A stretch of DNA of 64,000 bases from Candidatus Omnitrophota bacterium (GTDB lineage: Bacteria; Omnitrophota; Omnitrophia; Omnitrophales; Aquincolibacteriaceae). Location of the stretch: assembly GCA_023247035.1 (NCBI GenBank), contig JAHFHG010000003.1:15081-79080 (forward strand), in the 5' to 3' direction. Under the pieces are notes generated by a model. That model was given only the letters and a program-made list of their open reading frames with translations, made no database searches and was not told where the DNA came from. Numbering within the stretch: the first letter of the stretch is position 1; each line of letters opens with the position of its first letter. Of this stretch, positions 28,925-39,262 are shown one piece after another. Made by a program: the position numbers and the translations under genes.

Positions 28925-29640
28925 GCAACATTTTGATCTTAGGAGGCAGCAGCGGCATTGGCGAAGCTCTAGTGCGCTTAGCGGCGAAGGCTTCAAATCA
29001 GGTGGTATTTACTTATTTTCAAAACCAGGATAAGGCCAAAGTCCTAGAGCGCGAGACAGGCGCCAAAACTGTTTTTTATGATCAATCCACAGAAGCTGCG
29101 GTCAATGATCTCATTCAATATATCCTGACCAACAATTTTGATGCGCTCGTGAACAATGCGGCGGAACCCTATAAGCGTGAGACTTTGTTGGAGTTGAACG
29201 CGGATGATTTCTTGCAGTATCTTGGACGGGGAATACGAGGGGCTTTCAAGGTATGTCAAGCCTTTGCTTCTTCGATCGTTAAGAGAAACGGTTCTGGAAA
29301 AATCGTCCATGTTTTATCTTCGGTGGTGATGGGTTTCCCGCCGGAAAAACAAGCCAGTTATGTCGCTTTGAAATATGCCTGGCTGGGCCTCATGCGGGCA
29401 CAAGCGGTTGAATTCAAAAAACTCAACATTCATGTGAATGCCGTATCACCGTCGATGACGCGAACTCCTTTTATCGGCGATCTTCCAGAACGGTTTGTCA
29501 AAATGCTCGAGCAAACCTTGCCGATGGGTCGAATCGCCACCGCCGAAGAGGTGGCGGGTGTGATTCATTTTTTGATTTCCTCCCAAGCCAGTTATATTCA
29601 TGGGGCTAACATCCCTGTCACGGGAGGGCAAACGTTTTGA
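28921..29640 (+). CDS. SDR oxidoreductase (FabG-like)
   Basis: GGSSGIG, LVNNA, YxxxK (YVALK), VNAVSP. Confidence 0.9.
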   Translation: MSNILILGGSSGIGEALVRLAAKASNQVVFTYFQNQDKAKVLERETGAKTVFYDQSTEAAVNDLIQYILTNNFDALVNNAAEPYKRETLLELNADDFLQYLGRGIRGAFKVCQAFASSIVKRNGSGKIVHVLSSVVMGFPPEKQASYVALKYAWLGLMRAQAVEFKKLNIHVNAVSPSMTRTPFIGDLPERFVKMLEQTLPMGRIATAEEVAGVIHFLISSQASYIHGANIPVTGGQTF

Positions 29641-30077
29641 TGCCGGACTCTTTTGAACAATTGCATATTGGGCAAGAGTCGGTATTTTCGCACCGGATTA
29701 CTGATGAGGATGTGAAGAAGTTCGTTGAGTTGACCGGCGATACGAACCCTTTGCATTTGGATGATCTATTTGCCGTTCAACGGTCTTTTGAGAAACGCGT
29801 TGTCCACGGCATGCTGACAGCTTCCTTTGTCTCCACGGTGATTGGGACTCTTCTGCCGGGTCCGGGTTCGCTATGGTACGAGCATTCTTTCCGGTTCTTA
29901 AAGCCTGTTTATGTGGGACAAACGATTCAAGTTCATGTCCGGGTCCGTCACAAATCGAATGCCCAACGAGTGGTCGTGCTGGACGTTCACGTTTATGGGG
30001 AAGGAAACCACGTGGTTGTGGAGGGAGAGGCAAAAGTTAAAGTGTTGAACCCATTTAAAATTGAGGCGGCGCCATGA
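29640..30077 (+). CDS. MaoC-family hotdog dehydratase
   Basis: TGDTNPLH, VVHGML, LPGPG, FLKPV. Confidence 0.92.
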   Translation: MPDSFEQLHIGQESVFSHRITDEDVKKFVELTGDTNPLHLDDLFAVQRSFEKRVVHGMLTASFVSTVIGTLLPGPGSLWYEHSFRFLKPVYVGQTIQVHVRVRHKSNAQRVVVLDVHVYGEGNHVVVEGEAKVKVLNPFKIEAAP

Positions 30078-31867
30078 GCCGGATTTCATTCTTGGAAATG
30101 GACGCGCGGCTTCAGGCAGCTGATATGAGAGGGTACCCCGTTTGCCCAATCACCCTCTTAAGGAATGTCACCTTGGAAAATATCCAGATTTTTCTGCGAT
30201 ATTTCGCCTATGAAGCCGGGTGGAACGCTCAAGTTTCTTTTGGAGATTATGACAGCGTACTTCAAGAAGCGGTGAGCGACTCAAAAAAATTGTTTCCGGA
30301 TTCAAAATTTATACTTGTGTATTTATTTTTAGAGAATCTGTCTTGGAATATCGCCCGCAATTTCAACGGACTTTCGATGGAGGCCCTGCAGGTTGAGAAG
30401 GAACACGTGAAAAATTATCTCCGCTTGGCTCTTGAGGGCATCCGAACACACACGCAGGCCCCGGTGTTATGGCACAGCTTTGAGTCGCCCGTTTATCCAG
30501 CGGATGGGATCGGAGGCCCCCAGAGGTCTGGGGGACAGTTAGAAACCGTCAGCGAGCTCAATGATTATTTAAAGCAAATTTTAAAAATGCAACCCAACAC
30601 TTATGGAATCGATTTGAATTCTTGTCTTGCGCGCGTGGGTTACGACGCCTACTATGACAGGCGTTATTGGCATCTCGCACGGGCTCCTTACAGCCAGCGT
30701 GCGCTCAAGGAGATTGCCTTGGAAGATTTTAAATTCATCCGCGCATTAAGCGGGAATGTTAAAAAATGTTTGGTATTGGATTGTGACGATGTTTTGTGGG
30801 GCGGGGCGGCGGGCGAAGCGGGCTTAGAGGGGATTCAGCTTGGAAAATCTTATCCAGGATCGCCGTATTATGAATTTCAACAAGAGATACTCAATCTTTA
30901 TCATCGCGGCGTGATCCTGGCGCTCTGCAGCAAGAATAACGAGCAGGATGTCTGGGAAGTTTTCGACCGCCATCCCGAGATGATCCTTCAACGGCGTCAT
31001 TTTGCGGCCTGGCGGATCAATTGGAAGAACAAAGCCGACAATCTCCGTCAAATCGCCCAAGAACTCAATATTTCCACGGAACATTTGGTTTTTGCCGACG
31101 ATAGTGAGTTTGAGATCAATCTTGTGAAAGAATGGATGCCGGAGGTTTTGACGCTCCATCTTTCGCGCTCGCACGCTGTTGAATTTAGGGAGAAGCTGCT
31201 GCGATTAGACTGTTTTGGTCAGATCAGTTTTACGGCTGAGGATCAAAGCCGGTCTCAAATGATTCAACAAGAAACTGAGCGCAGGAAATTTCAGACGAAC
31301 CATCAGGATTTGCAGTCCTATCTGCGCTCGCTAGAGCTGGTGGCGACCCTTCGCTTGGCGGATGGGGTTACGATTCCGAGAATTTCTCAATTGACTCAAA
31401 AAACCAATCAGTTCAATTTGACGACCCGGCGGTATTCAGAGTCTGATATCCGAAGTTTTGCCGAAAGCCCCAATCACCGTGTTTTTAGCCTGTCTCTCAG
31501 GGATCGGTTCGGCGATGCGGGCCTTGTCGGTGTTTTTATCGCGGAGAGAGCGGGCTCATCCAATTGCCGGATCGACACTTTTTTGATGAGCTGCCGCGTG
31601 TTAGGCAGAGAAGCAGAGGTTATTTTTGCAGAGCGATGCTTAACGGCGCTTGCCTCCGAATGGGGCGTTAAAGAGTGGGCGGCTGAATATATTCCAACGC
31701 CTAAAAATGCCCTCGCGGAACGGTTTTGGGATCAATTTGGATTTAAAAGGAAAGAGGCGAAAGCCGCTCAGAGCGCCGTTCATTATTCATTGGAAGAATC
31801 GCAAAGAATTTTGATCAGCAATTCTATTATTCATGTTGAGGAGGAATTTTGTGGAACAAAAAGTTAA
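30074..31867 (+). CDS. fkbH: FkbH-family HAD-IIIC glyceryl transferase/phosphatase
   Basis: KCLVLDCDDVLWGG, SKNN, INWKNK, FADDSEFE, KTNQFNLTTRRY, DRFGD, FLMSCRVLGR. Confidence 0.93.
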   Translation: MSRISFLEMDARLQAADMRGYPVCPITLLRNVTLENIQIFLRYFAYEAGWNAQVSFGDYDSVLQEAVSDSKKLFPDSKFILVYLFLENLSWNIARNFNGLSMEALQVEKEHVKNYLRLALEGIRTHTQAPVLWHSFESPVYPADGIGGPQRSGGQLETVSELNDYLKQILKMQPNTYGIDLNSCLARVGYDAYYDRRYWHLARAPYSQRALKEIALEDFKFIRALSGNVKKCLVLDCDDVLWGGAAGEAGLEGIQLGKSYPGSPYYEFQQEILNLYHRGVILALCSKNNEQDVWEVFDRHPEMILQRRHFAAWRINWKNKADNLRQIAQELNISTEHLVFADDSEFEINLVKEWMPEVLTLHLSRSHAVEFREKLLRLDCFGQISFTAEDQSRSQMIQQETERRKFQTNHQDLQSYLRSLELVATLRLADGVTIPRISQLTQKTNQFNLTTRRYSESDIRSFAESPNHRVFSLSLRDRFGDAGLVGVFIAERAGSSNCRIDTFLMSCRVLGREAEVIFAERCLTALASEWGVKEWAAEYIPTPKNALAERFWDQFGFKRKEAKAAQSAVHYSLEESQRILISNSIIHVEEEFCGTKS

Positions 31868-32084
31868 AAAGATTATGAGCCAGATTTTTCGTGTGGCTGA
31901 AGATCATATCCGGGAAGACGCCTCCTCTCTGACAATCGACTCCTGGGATTCGCTGGCGCATATGAATCTCATCGCAGCGCTCGAAGAAGAATTTGGCGTG
32001 CAGTTTCAAGATCAGGAAATCATTCAGATGACTAGTTTTGAGGCGATCCTTTCAAGCCTTGCTTTAAAAGCCGGTTCATCATGA
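31851..32084 (+). CDS. Acyl carrier protein
   Basis: WDSLAH phosphopantetheine Ser motif, acidic, 77 aa; GTG start after GAGGAG. Confidence 0.92.
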   Translation: MEQKVKKIMSQIFRVAEDHIREDASSLTIDSWDSLAHMNLIAALEEEFGVQFQDQEIIQMTSFEAILSSLALKAGSS

Positions 32085-33394
32085 CCGTGGCGCAAGTCCA
32101 TGCCCGGCACAGGGGTGTGCAAAAGCCTTTAAAATCCTGCTTTTCAAGAGAAATTTCTAAGAAAATCCTACTTTTTTTCTTTTCACTTTTTTTTTCCCTT
32201 TTTTCTGGCGAGTTATTGATGCGAGGTTTTTACCCGCAGCAGCTCATTAAGACCGAAGGAATTTGGCGGCCTGATCCGGAACTGGGGTGGCGGCACATAG
32301 AGTCAGCTCGCCGCTTTATCAATAACGGCGAACGCCGGCCTGTCCTATGGGTGACGGATGAGAACGGTTTTCGCACGAGTCCTGTCCGGAAAAAAAGGGG
32401 ACAGCAGCCTGACGTGTCTCTTTTAATGATAGGGGATTCTTTTTTGGCGGCTCTGGCCTTGGATTATGAAAAAACGATTCCTGACCGAGTCGAGCGATAC
32501 TTTAAAAAGAAATATTCTATCCTGCCCCGGGTGGACAATGCAGGCGTGGGCGCGTGGGAGCCCGGGCAATATCTGCTTGAAACGCGCCGCGCTCTCAAAC
32601 AAAGACATTATGATATGGGAGTTATTTTTTTCTATATTGGAAATGATGTGATTGACCGTCTTCGATTTAAATTTATGCCGCAAGATATATCGCCCTCCAA
32701 GCAGTTAAGAATTCCAAGCGGATGGACGCCGCAGGCTTTCCAAAAGGATCTTATTTTACCCCTCAATAATTTTTTAAGAGAACGGTCTCATCTGTTTGTA
32801 TTTTTGAAGGCCCGGCTGCAGATTCTTTTGGCAAGAATGGGATTCACGGACTATTATTTCCCGGATATTTTTCTTAGGAAAGAGGCAAACTCCCTGAAAT
32901 GGGAGGCGACGGCGGCCATGGCGGAGCTGATTTATCAGGAATTTCAGCAGCGCAAGATCCCGGCCTTGTTTGTTCTGCTGCCGGTGAATTATCAGGTCCA
33001 GCCGCAGCTGCTTACCCGGTATAGAAAAATGTTTAATATTCCTCCGGATTCGATTGATCTTGACCAGCCCAATCAAAAATTGGCCGCTCAATTTCAGCAA
33101 AGATCCATTCCTTTCATAGATATGCTGCCTCTTTTTAGAGAGAACGCAAAAAAAGGTTTGAAGATGTACGGCTCAAGCGACAATCATCTCAATGCTGAAG
33201 GTCATGACACAGTGACGGAAGCCATTCTTCCGAAGGTGGAAGCGACATTAAAATTTAAATCGGAGTCTTTTAAAAATTCCATTGCCGATACCGGCCGGCA
33301 GCTTCGCTTGGTGAAACTGCGCAACAGGAGAGAAGTCCAAGGCACAAGGATCCCTTCGGTCAAGCCGGAGAATCACCGTTTTGTGGATGCTTAG
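32081..33394 (+). CDS. Membrane-anchored SGNH/GDSL (AlgX/AlgJ-like) protein
   Basis: N-terminal TM, GDSF, NAGVG, GND, DNHLNAEGH. Confidence 0.85.
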   Translation: MTVAQVHARHRGVQKPLKSCFSREISKKILLFFFSLFFSLFSGELLMRGFYPQQLIKTEGIWRPDPELGWRHIESARRFINNGERRPVLWVTDENGFRTSPVRKKRGQQPDVSLLMIGDSFLAALALDYEKTIPDRVERYFKKKYSILPRVDNAGVGAWEPGQYLLETRRALKQRHYDMGVIFFYIGNDVIDRLRFKFMPQDISPSKQLRIPSGWTPQAFQKDLILPLNNFLRERSHLFVFLKARLQILLARMGFTDYYFPDIFLRKEANSLKWEATAAMAELIYQEFQQRKIPALFVLLPVNYQVQPQLLTRYRKMFNIPPDSIDLDQPNQKLAAQFQQRSIPFIDMLPLFRENAKKGLKMYGSSDNHLNAEGHDTVTEAILPKVEATLKFKSESFKNSIADTGRQLRLVKLRNRREVQGTRIPSVKPENHRFVDA

Positions 33395-33400
33395 CGCCTG

Positions 33401-34570
33401 ATGGAAACTTCCGCAGCCCCCAGAGTTCTCCGCTTCAACTTCCTAAAAAACGCCGCAGTTTTTTTGCTTGCGTTCTTATTCTCCCTGGCGCTGGGAGAGA
33501 TTTTAATTCGACTCGTCGCACCCCAGCAGTTGATCGTGACCAACAACCGGTTGTGGAAACCCGAGCCCGTTTTCGGCTGGCGGCATTTTGAGTCCGCGGA
33601 TACGCCTGTCAATACGGGGGAGCGCTTAACGCATCTGGTGACCGATGAACACGGTTACCGCATCAACCGATCTTTAACAAAGGGCGAGGAAGCAGGCAAA
33701 GCGGATATTTCAATTCTCATGATAGGCGATTCCTTTCTCGAAGCCCTGGCGATTGAGAATGAAGAGACGATCCCTCAGAGAATCAAGCAGATGCTTGAAG
33801 CAAAATATCATAAGAGAGTGCGTGCGGTTAATGCGGGCGTGGGCTCCTGGGAGCCTGGGCAGTATTGGCTTGAGGCCCGTCGTGCGCTTGCCCTAGCCCC
33901 CTATGATCTCGGAATCGTTTTTATTTACATTGAAAATGATATTGTCGATAAGGTGCGGACAACCTTCAGCCATAAAGAATTCGAAAAAAATACGACACTC
34001 CGACTCCCTCGGGAATGGACATGGAATTCGCTCATTAGCGCCGTTTTTTACCCCATCAATTTTTATCTGAAACAAAGATCCCAGCTTTTTGTATTTCTTA
34101 AAGAAAGATTTAATATCCTCTTGGCACGGATGAGGTTGACCGCCTATTATTTCCCTGTGATCTTTGAACGTAAAGAAAAGAATTCCAAGAGGTGGGAGAT
34201 TACCGCCGACGTTTGCCAAAAGATCCAGCAGGAATTCGAAAAGTATTCAACGCCCGTTTTTTTCGTGTTTCTCCCCACGGACTATCAGCTGGATCCCAGC
34301 GCTTTAAATGAATACATAAAAATGTTTGATATTTCTCTTCAGTCGGTTGATTTGGAACAACCCGATAAGATGCTCGCTCTTTCTTTTAAAAAAAGGTATC
34401 TTGATTTTATCGATACCCTCGTGCCGATGCGGGAAAGGGTCCGACGGGGCGTCAAAATGCACGGGCAAATAGACTCCCACTTAAATGCGGAAGGCCACCG
34501 CGCGGTGGCCGAAATCATCTTCGGGGAGGTCGAAAAATATTTGCCCCCACAACTGAAAGAAAATCATTAA
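33401..34570 (+). CDS. Paralogous membrane-anchored SGNH/GDSL protein
   Basis: GDSF, NAGVG, END, DSHLNAEGH; colinear with the previous gene. Confidence 0.85.
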   Translation: METSAAPRVLRFNFLKNAAVFLLAFLFSLALGEILIRLVAPQQLIVTNNRLWKPEPVFGWRHFESADTPVNTGERLTHLVTDEHGYRINRSLTKGEEAGKADISILMIGDSFLEALAIENEETIPQRIKQMLEAKYHKRVRAVNAGVGSWEPGQYWLEARRALALAPYDLGIVFIYIENDIVDKVRTTFSHKEFEKNTTLRLPREWTWNSLISAVFYPINFYLKQRSQLFVFLKERFNILLARMRLTAYYFPVIFERKEKNSKRWEITADVCQKIQQEFEKYSTPVFFVFLPTDYQLDPSALNEYIKMFDISLQSVDLEQPDKMLALSFKKRYLDFIDTLVPMRERVRRGVKMHGQIDSHLNAEGHRAVAEIIFGEVEKYLPPQLKENH

Positions 34571-34635
34571 AAAATTCATCCTTCCATACCTGGCTGGACC
34601 CGTTGAGGGTTTGAAAATGCTAGACAAAGGATAAA

Positions 34636-36150
34636 ATGCTTAAAAGTTCCGATTCTGTTTGTTTTACCTCTTTGCTCAGAATCTTTGCAACCATTGTGTC
34701 CTTATCCGGACTTTTATGTCTCCTCCGTTTTGTCTCCAACATTTCATTTTCCGAGCCTCTTCAATTGCTCACGTCTGGAAGTGAAGAGCTGTCCTTTTTG
34801 AGCTTGTGGAAATTTGTACATCACCAGCCTGTTTATATCGACCCTCATAAAATTCCATTTTCGCTTTCGTGTTTTAATTGGCTGTTTTACGTGGTCTATG
34901 GAATGCTCACTAAGGCAGTATTGTTTTTTGCGCGGATATCGGATCCATGGATTCCGACGATTGGAAGGCTGATAAGCTTGTTTTTTTCAGTCCTGGGGTT
35001 AATCATTGCCAGAAAAACATTGGTAGTCCTATGTAGGCATCCCTCAAAAAAAATGAATCTTTTTTTTCTTTTGGTTCCTTTTTATTTATTTTTTGGACCC
35101 TTAACAGCCTTTTGGCATTTGACCGCACGCCCGGATATCGCAGCGGTTGTATTTGAATTGCTCGCTTTTTATATTTTTATCAAAGAATTTGAAAACCGGC
35201 CCACCAGGGCAGCCTTGACGGCAACCTTATTTGCCTTTATTGCCTGGTCTTTTAAGCAGGTGAACATCTCTGTCTTTTTAAGCCTCATGATTTTTTGTTT
35301 TATCTATTACCGGCGTGCAGCCTGGATGATGGGCCTTATGTTAGCGTCTTTATGCTCTTTGGTGGTTTGGCTTGGAGGGCCTGACTACCGAGAAAACGCC
35401 ATTCTTTTTTTTCCGAAGTCAGGTTTTTCAAATGCTTTGGTGAGTAAACATTTTTTATATTATATTGTCCAAAGCCTTTTTGCCATACCTGGGTACGTCG
35501 CTATGGGAACGGTCTTCTTTTTCAAGACATTCAGAGACCGTATCCTGGGCGAAAAAAAATATCAGTTTTGCTTTCTCACTGCTGTCGTGACTTCGCTATA
35601 TGGGGGGGCCACATCGCAGAAAATAGGAGCTTCTGAAAATTATTTTATACCCGCAAGTATTTTTGCGGCGTTCTTCTGCCTTTTATTTTTATCAGATATT
35701 GTGCAAGACCGCATTCCCAAGATATTCCATATTTCCTTCTATTTTTCTGCGTCCATCAATATTTTGGTTCTTTTATTGATATTATTTGGAATCAAACAGC
35801 ACGTGTCACTACGATTTCAGCATAAGGCCTATTCGGAATTATTAAAATGCACCGAGTCACTTCCGCGTCCTGTCTTTTCTCAAACGCCCTATCTTAATCT
35901 CCCTTGGATGCTTGGAGGCGAGAATTTCGTGATCGTCGATCAACGCTTAGTAGGAGACGAGCATAAAGGAGTCTATGAAAGAGGAGGCATCCGAGGCCTT
36001 ATCCGGGAAGGATATTTTGCCACACTTCTTTTGGATAAAGGTCAGATGACCCCGCGTAGCGCCATGGATATACCGAAGGAAGACCTCAGTCATTACGTCG
36101 AGCAGCTGTCAACTTGCCCGCCGACCCATCTTGTTTTTATAAGAAAGTAG
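34636..36150 (+). CDS. Polytopic membrane protein, probable GT-C (ArnT/PMT-like) glycosyltransferase
   Basis: About 12 TM segments, acidic first loop (SGSEE), ARPD and FKQ motifs, soluble C-terminal tail. Confidence 0.55.
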   Translation: MLKSSDSVCFTSLLRIFATIVSLSGLLCLLRFVSNISFSEPLQLLTSGSEELSFLSLWKFVHHQPVYIDPHKIPFSLSCFNWLFYVVYGMLTKAVLFFARISDPWIPTIGRLISLFFSVLGLIIARKTLVVLCRHPSKKMNLFFLLVPFYLFFGPLTAFWHLTARPDIAAVVFELLAFYIFIKEFENRPTRAALTATLFAFIAWSFKQVNISVFLSLMIFCFIYYRRAAWMMGLMLASLCSLVVWLGGPDYRENAILFFPKSGFSNALVSKHFLYYIVQSLFAIPGYVAMGTVFFFKTFRDRILGEKKYQFCFLTAVVTSLYGGATSQKIGASENYFIPASIFAAFFCLLFLSDIVQDRIPKIFHISFYFSASINILVLLLILFGIKQHVSLRFQHKAYSELLKCTESLPRPVFSQTPYLNLPWMLGGENFVIVDQRLVGDEHKGVYERGGIRGLIREGYFATLLLDKGQMTPRSAMDIPKEDLSHYVEQLSTCPPTHLVFIRK

Positions 36151-36204
36151 TAGATTTAATTTTATGAATCCAAAGACTCTTTTTAGTCTAAGTTTTAACT
36201 CTAA

Positions 36205-36963
36205 ATGTGGTATCTGGTTATGAGTGTTCGTATTGCTCAAAATAAACAAAGTGAGGCGGCTTTTTTCAACGAATATGCGAAGCCGGAGGGCTACGATGTT
36301 TTTGAACAGACAAGCACCCGTAAATTAGTCGATACTTGCATTCAACTTGCCGGTTGGGAACAGGGAGGATTGATAGCGGATTTGGGGTGTGGATCAGGAG
36401 TCTTCACATCACTGCTTGCTGCGAATGGTTTTAAAACGCTGGGATTGGATTTAAGTCATAAGTTGCTCGTGTCTGGCGGAGTAAGATCGCCGCACCTACA
36501 GTTTATGGCGGGGGATGTCGAGTTTCTTCCATTGCGATCAGAAAGTTTGGATGGGGTATTGCTGAGCGGCATCTTGCATCACCTTCCCGATCCGACTCAT
36601 TGTGTGCGCGAAGTTTTTCGGGTCCTTAAACCTAACGGCGTTGTTGTGACCTTTGATCCGAATCGGCTCAATCCATTCATGTGGCTTTATAGGGACCGGA
36701 GTTCGCCATTCTACAGCAGTAAAGGCGTGACGGCAAATGAACGGCCCATCCTTTCAAGCGCGTTAATGGAAGTATTTTCTAAGCAAGGCTTTTGCGTTTC
36801 TGTTTCCTATTTATCCGGGCTGCATTATCGGTACGTGGCTTCAACGTTTGGCCGGTTTCTGCTGCCGCTTTATAATAAGGTTGACGATTATTTGTTCCGC
36901 TTGAGTTTTTTAAAGCCGTTCAGCGCGTTTGTGCTGGCACGAGGACTAAAATCGGCAGGATGA
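36205..36963 (+). CDS. Class I SAM-dependent methyltransferase (alt start 36220)
   Basis: ADLGCGSG, GLDLS, ILHHL, VLKPNG. Confidence 0.9.
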   Translation: MWYLVMSVRIAQNKQSEAAFFNEYAKPEGYDVFEQTSTRKLVDTCIQLAGWEQGGLIADLGCGSGVFTSLLAANGFKTLGLDLSHKLLVSGGVRSPHLQFMAGDVEFLPLRSESLDGVLLSGILHHLPDPTHCVREVFRVLKPNGVVVTFDPNRLNPFMWLYRDRSSPFYSSKGVTANERPILSSALMEVFSKQGFCVSVSYLSGLHYRYVASTFGRFLLPLYNKVDDYLFRLSFLKPFSAFVLARGLKSAG

Positions 36964-36969
36964 GTGGGT

Positions 36970-38193
36970 ATGGAAAATAAAATAATAAAAGGTCATTATG
37001 ATGTTGCGGTTGTCGGGGGAGCGGGGCATGTAGGGCTTCCTCTGTCGCTGGTGCTGGCCGATCGCGGCTATCGGACCTTGATTTATGATGTGGACAAGCA
37101 GGCTGTGGAAAAAATCAGATCAGGTGTGATGCCCTTTATGGAAAATGGAGGCGTTTCTTTATTGCGGAAAATGCTTAAAAAAAGGAAAATTGGATTTGCA
37201 GAAGCCCCCCAAGAGTTAAGAGCCGTGCCGAAAATTATTATTACCATCGGCACACCGATTGATGAATTTCTCAATCCTTCCTTAAAAGAGATTCAAAGTT
37301 GTCTTGATGATTTGTTTCCTTATTTATCCAAGGAACAGCTTCTTATTTTGCGTTCCACCGTCTATCCCGGCGTAACAGAATGGGTCTTTAAATACCTTTT
37401 GAAACGGGGCAAAAGGCTGAAAGTCAGTTTTTGTCCGGAAAGGATCGTCCAAGGCCGCGCCATTGAAGAGCTGCAAACCTTGCCTCAGATTGTCAGCGGG
37501 ATGACACCCGAAGCGGCACGAGAAGCCGCGAGTTTATTTCTAAAAATTGCCCCTAAAATTGTCCGCTTGCAACCGATCGAAGCGGAGTTTTCTAAACTTT
37601 TTTGTAATGCGTACCGGTACATTCATTTTGCGGTAGCCAATCAATTTTATATGATTGCTGAATCGGCAGGGGTCAGTTATTGCAATATTTTGAATGGCCT
37701 CAAGAAAGAATACCCACGTGCACAGGATATCCCTACGGCTGGATTTACGGCAGGACCATGTTTATTTAAAGACACAGCCCAATTAGCCGCTTTTTTCAGA
37801 AACAAATTTAGCCTTGGCCATGCCGCCATGTTAATCAATGAAGGGCTCCCTCAATATATCGTGGATTCTTTGCGTCAAAAATACGATTTATCAAAAAAGA
37901 CAGTCGGGATTTTAGGCATGGCTTTCAAAGCTGATATTGATGATGCGCGTGCGTCGCTTGCTTATAAATTGAGAAAGCTGCTTGCTTATCAAACCCAAGA
38001 TGTCCTGATTACAGACCCCTTCATTAAAAATGATCCCAACATTTTATCGTTCGAAGAAGTCGTAAAGAAAAGTGACATTTTAATTCTTTGTGCCCCTCAT
38101 CAGGTCTATAAGAAAGTCCGACTGGGAAAGAAAATCGTAGTTGATATTTGGAATTTCTGGGACAGTAAGAAGGATGGTCTAAAGAGGGTTTAG
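36970..38193 (+). CDS. Nucleotide-sugar 6-dehydrogenase (UDP-Glc/GDP-Man/UDP-ManNAc family)
   Basis: GGAGHVGLP, IGTP, RSTVYPG, CPER, AGPCL, GMAFK. Confidence 0.92.
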   Translation: MENKIIKGHYDVAVVGGAGHVGLPLSLVLADRGYRTLIYDVDKQAVEKIRSGVMPFMENGGVSLLRKMLKKRKIGFAEAPQELRAVPKIIITIGTPIDEFLNPSLKEIQSCLDDLFPYLSKEQLLILRSTVYPGVTEWVFKYLLKRGKRLKVSFCPERIVQGRAIEELQTLPQIVSGMTPEAAREAASLFLKIAPKIVRLQPIEAEFSKLFCNAYRYIHFAVANQFYMIAESAGVSYCNILNGLKKEYPRAQDIPTAGFTAGPCLFKDTAQLAAFFRNKFSLGHAAMLINEGLPQYIVDSLRQKYDLSKKTVGILGMAFKADIDDARASLAYKLRKLLAYQTQDVLITDPFIKNDPNILSFEEVVKKSDILILCAPHQVYKKVRLGKKIVVDIWNFWDSKKDGLKRV

Positions 38194-38194
38194 T

Positions 38195-39262
38195 ATGAAA
38201 GGAAAGATCCGGGTGGGAATCATAGGAGCGGGATTTGGAAGACGAGTCCATCTTCCCGCGTTTCAAAATGACTCGCGGTGCGAGGTGACGGCTCTTTTTA
38301 CCGACCACGAAGAAAAAAGGGACGCTTTTAAAAAGCAGTTGCCTCACTTGCGAATTTTCTCTGACTGGCAGGCATTGGTCCATGACAACGATATTGATCT
38401 TATTTCCGTTGCAGTTCCCCCGCGAGCTCAGCCGGAAATATTGAAAGCCGCTTTGGCAAAAAGGAAGCCTATTTTTTGCGAAAAACCGTTGGCCGCCTCT
38501 TTAGAGCAAGCCAACGAGGTCATCGAATTAGCACGGAAAACTCGAATTCCCGCCATGATCGACTTTGAGATTGCGGAAAACGATAAGTGGCGAACGGCCA
38601 AAAAAATTTTAGAAGAAGGCGGGATTGGAAGGCTCCGTCACGTCTCCGTAAATTGGACCCCTGTGGAAGTTCGCAATGCTGAACACTCTTGGAAAATGGA
38701 CAGAGATCAAGGAGGAGGTGTTCTCCATTCTTTTGTTTCCCATTCGTTTTATTATTTGGAATGGTTTCTCGGCAGGATGAAGAAAATTTCCGGAAAATTT
38801 TTCCATCCAGAAAACAACCCCCAAAATGATACCCTGGCACATTTCTGTTTAGAAACCCAACAAGGCGTGCCTGTCGTCTTATCCGTAAGCACGCATGCTC
38901 CCTTTGGGAAGGGCCATCGTTTGGAATTCTATGGTGATGAAGGCGCTATCTTTCTAGAGAATTCAACGAAGGATCACGTACGAGGGTTTAGCCTCAAGCA
39001 TGGCCATAAGGAAGACGGTCTCAGGGAAATTTTATCAGGGCCGGAACATTTTACGGGACGTAGCGATGAAGACGGTCGGATTTTTGCTGTCAGTCAGTTA
39101 ACGAAAAAACTTGTGGACTGGATACTCAACGGAAAACCTGAGAAGCCATCATTGATGGAAGGGTGGCGTGTGCAATATTTGATTGACCGGGCGCTAGAAT
39201 CGGCCGAATGCGATTCATGGGTATCATGCACTTCTAAGATGATAATCCCTTATGCCAATTAA
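38195..39262 (+). CDS. Gfo/Idh/MocA oxidoreductase
   Basis: GIIGAGFG, CEKPLA, GGGVL..H. Confidence 0.9.
   Translation: MKGKIRVGIIGAGFGRRVHLPAFQNDSRCEVTALFTDHEEKRDAFKKQLPHLRIFSDWQALVHDNDIDLISVAVPPRAQPEILKAALAKRKPIFCEKPLAASLEQANEVIELARKTRIPAMIDFEIAENDKWRTAKKILEEGGIGRLRHVSVNWTPVEVRNAEHSWKMDRDQGGGVLHSFVSHSFYYLEWFLGRMKKISGKFFHPENNPQNDTLAHFCLETQQGVPVVLSVSTHAPFGKGHRLEFYGDEGAIFLENSTKDHVRGFSLKHGHKEDGLREILSGPEHFTGRSDEDGRIFAVSQLTKKLVDWILNGKPEKPSLMEGWRVQYLIDRALESAECDSWVSCTSKMIIPYAN

Noticed and set aside
28921-32084. PKS or fatty-acid synthase cluster
   Set aside because: No ketosynthase, acyltransferase or adenylation domain; the context is glycan tailoring.
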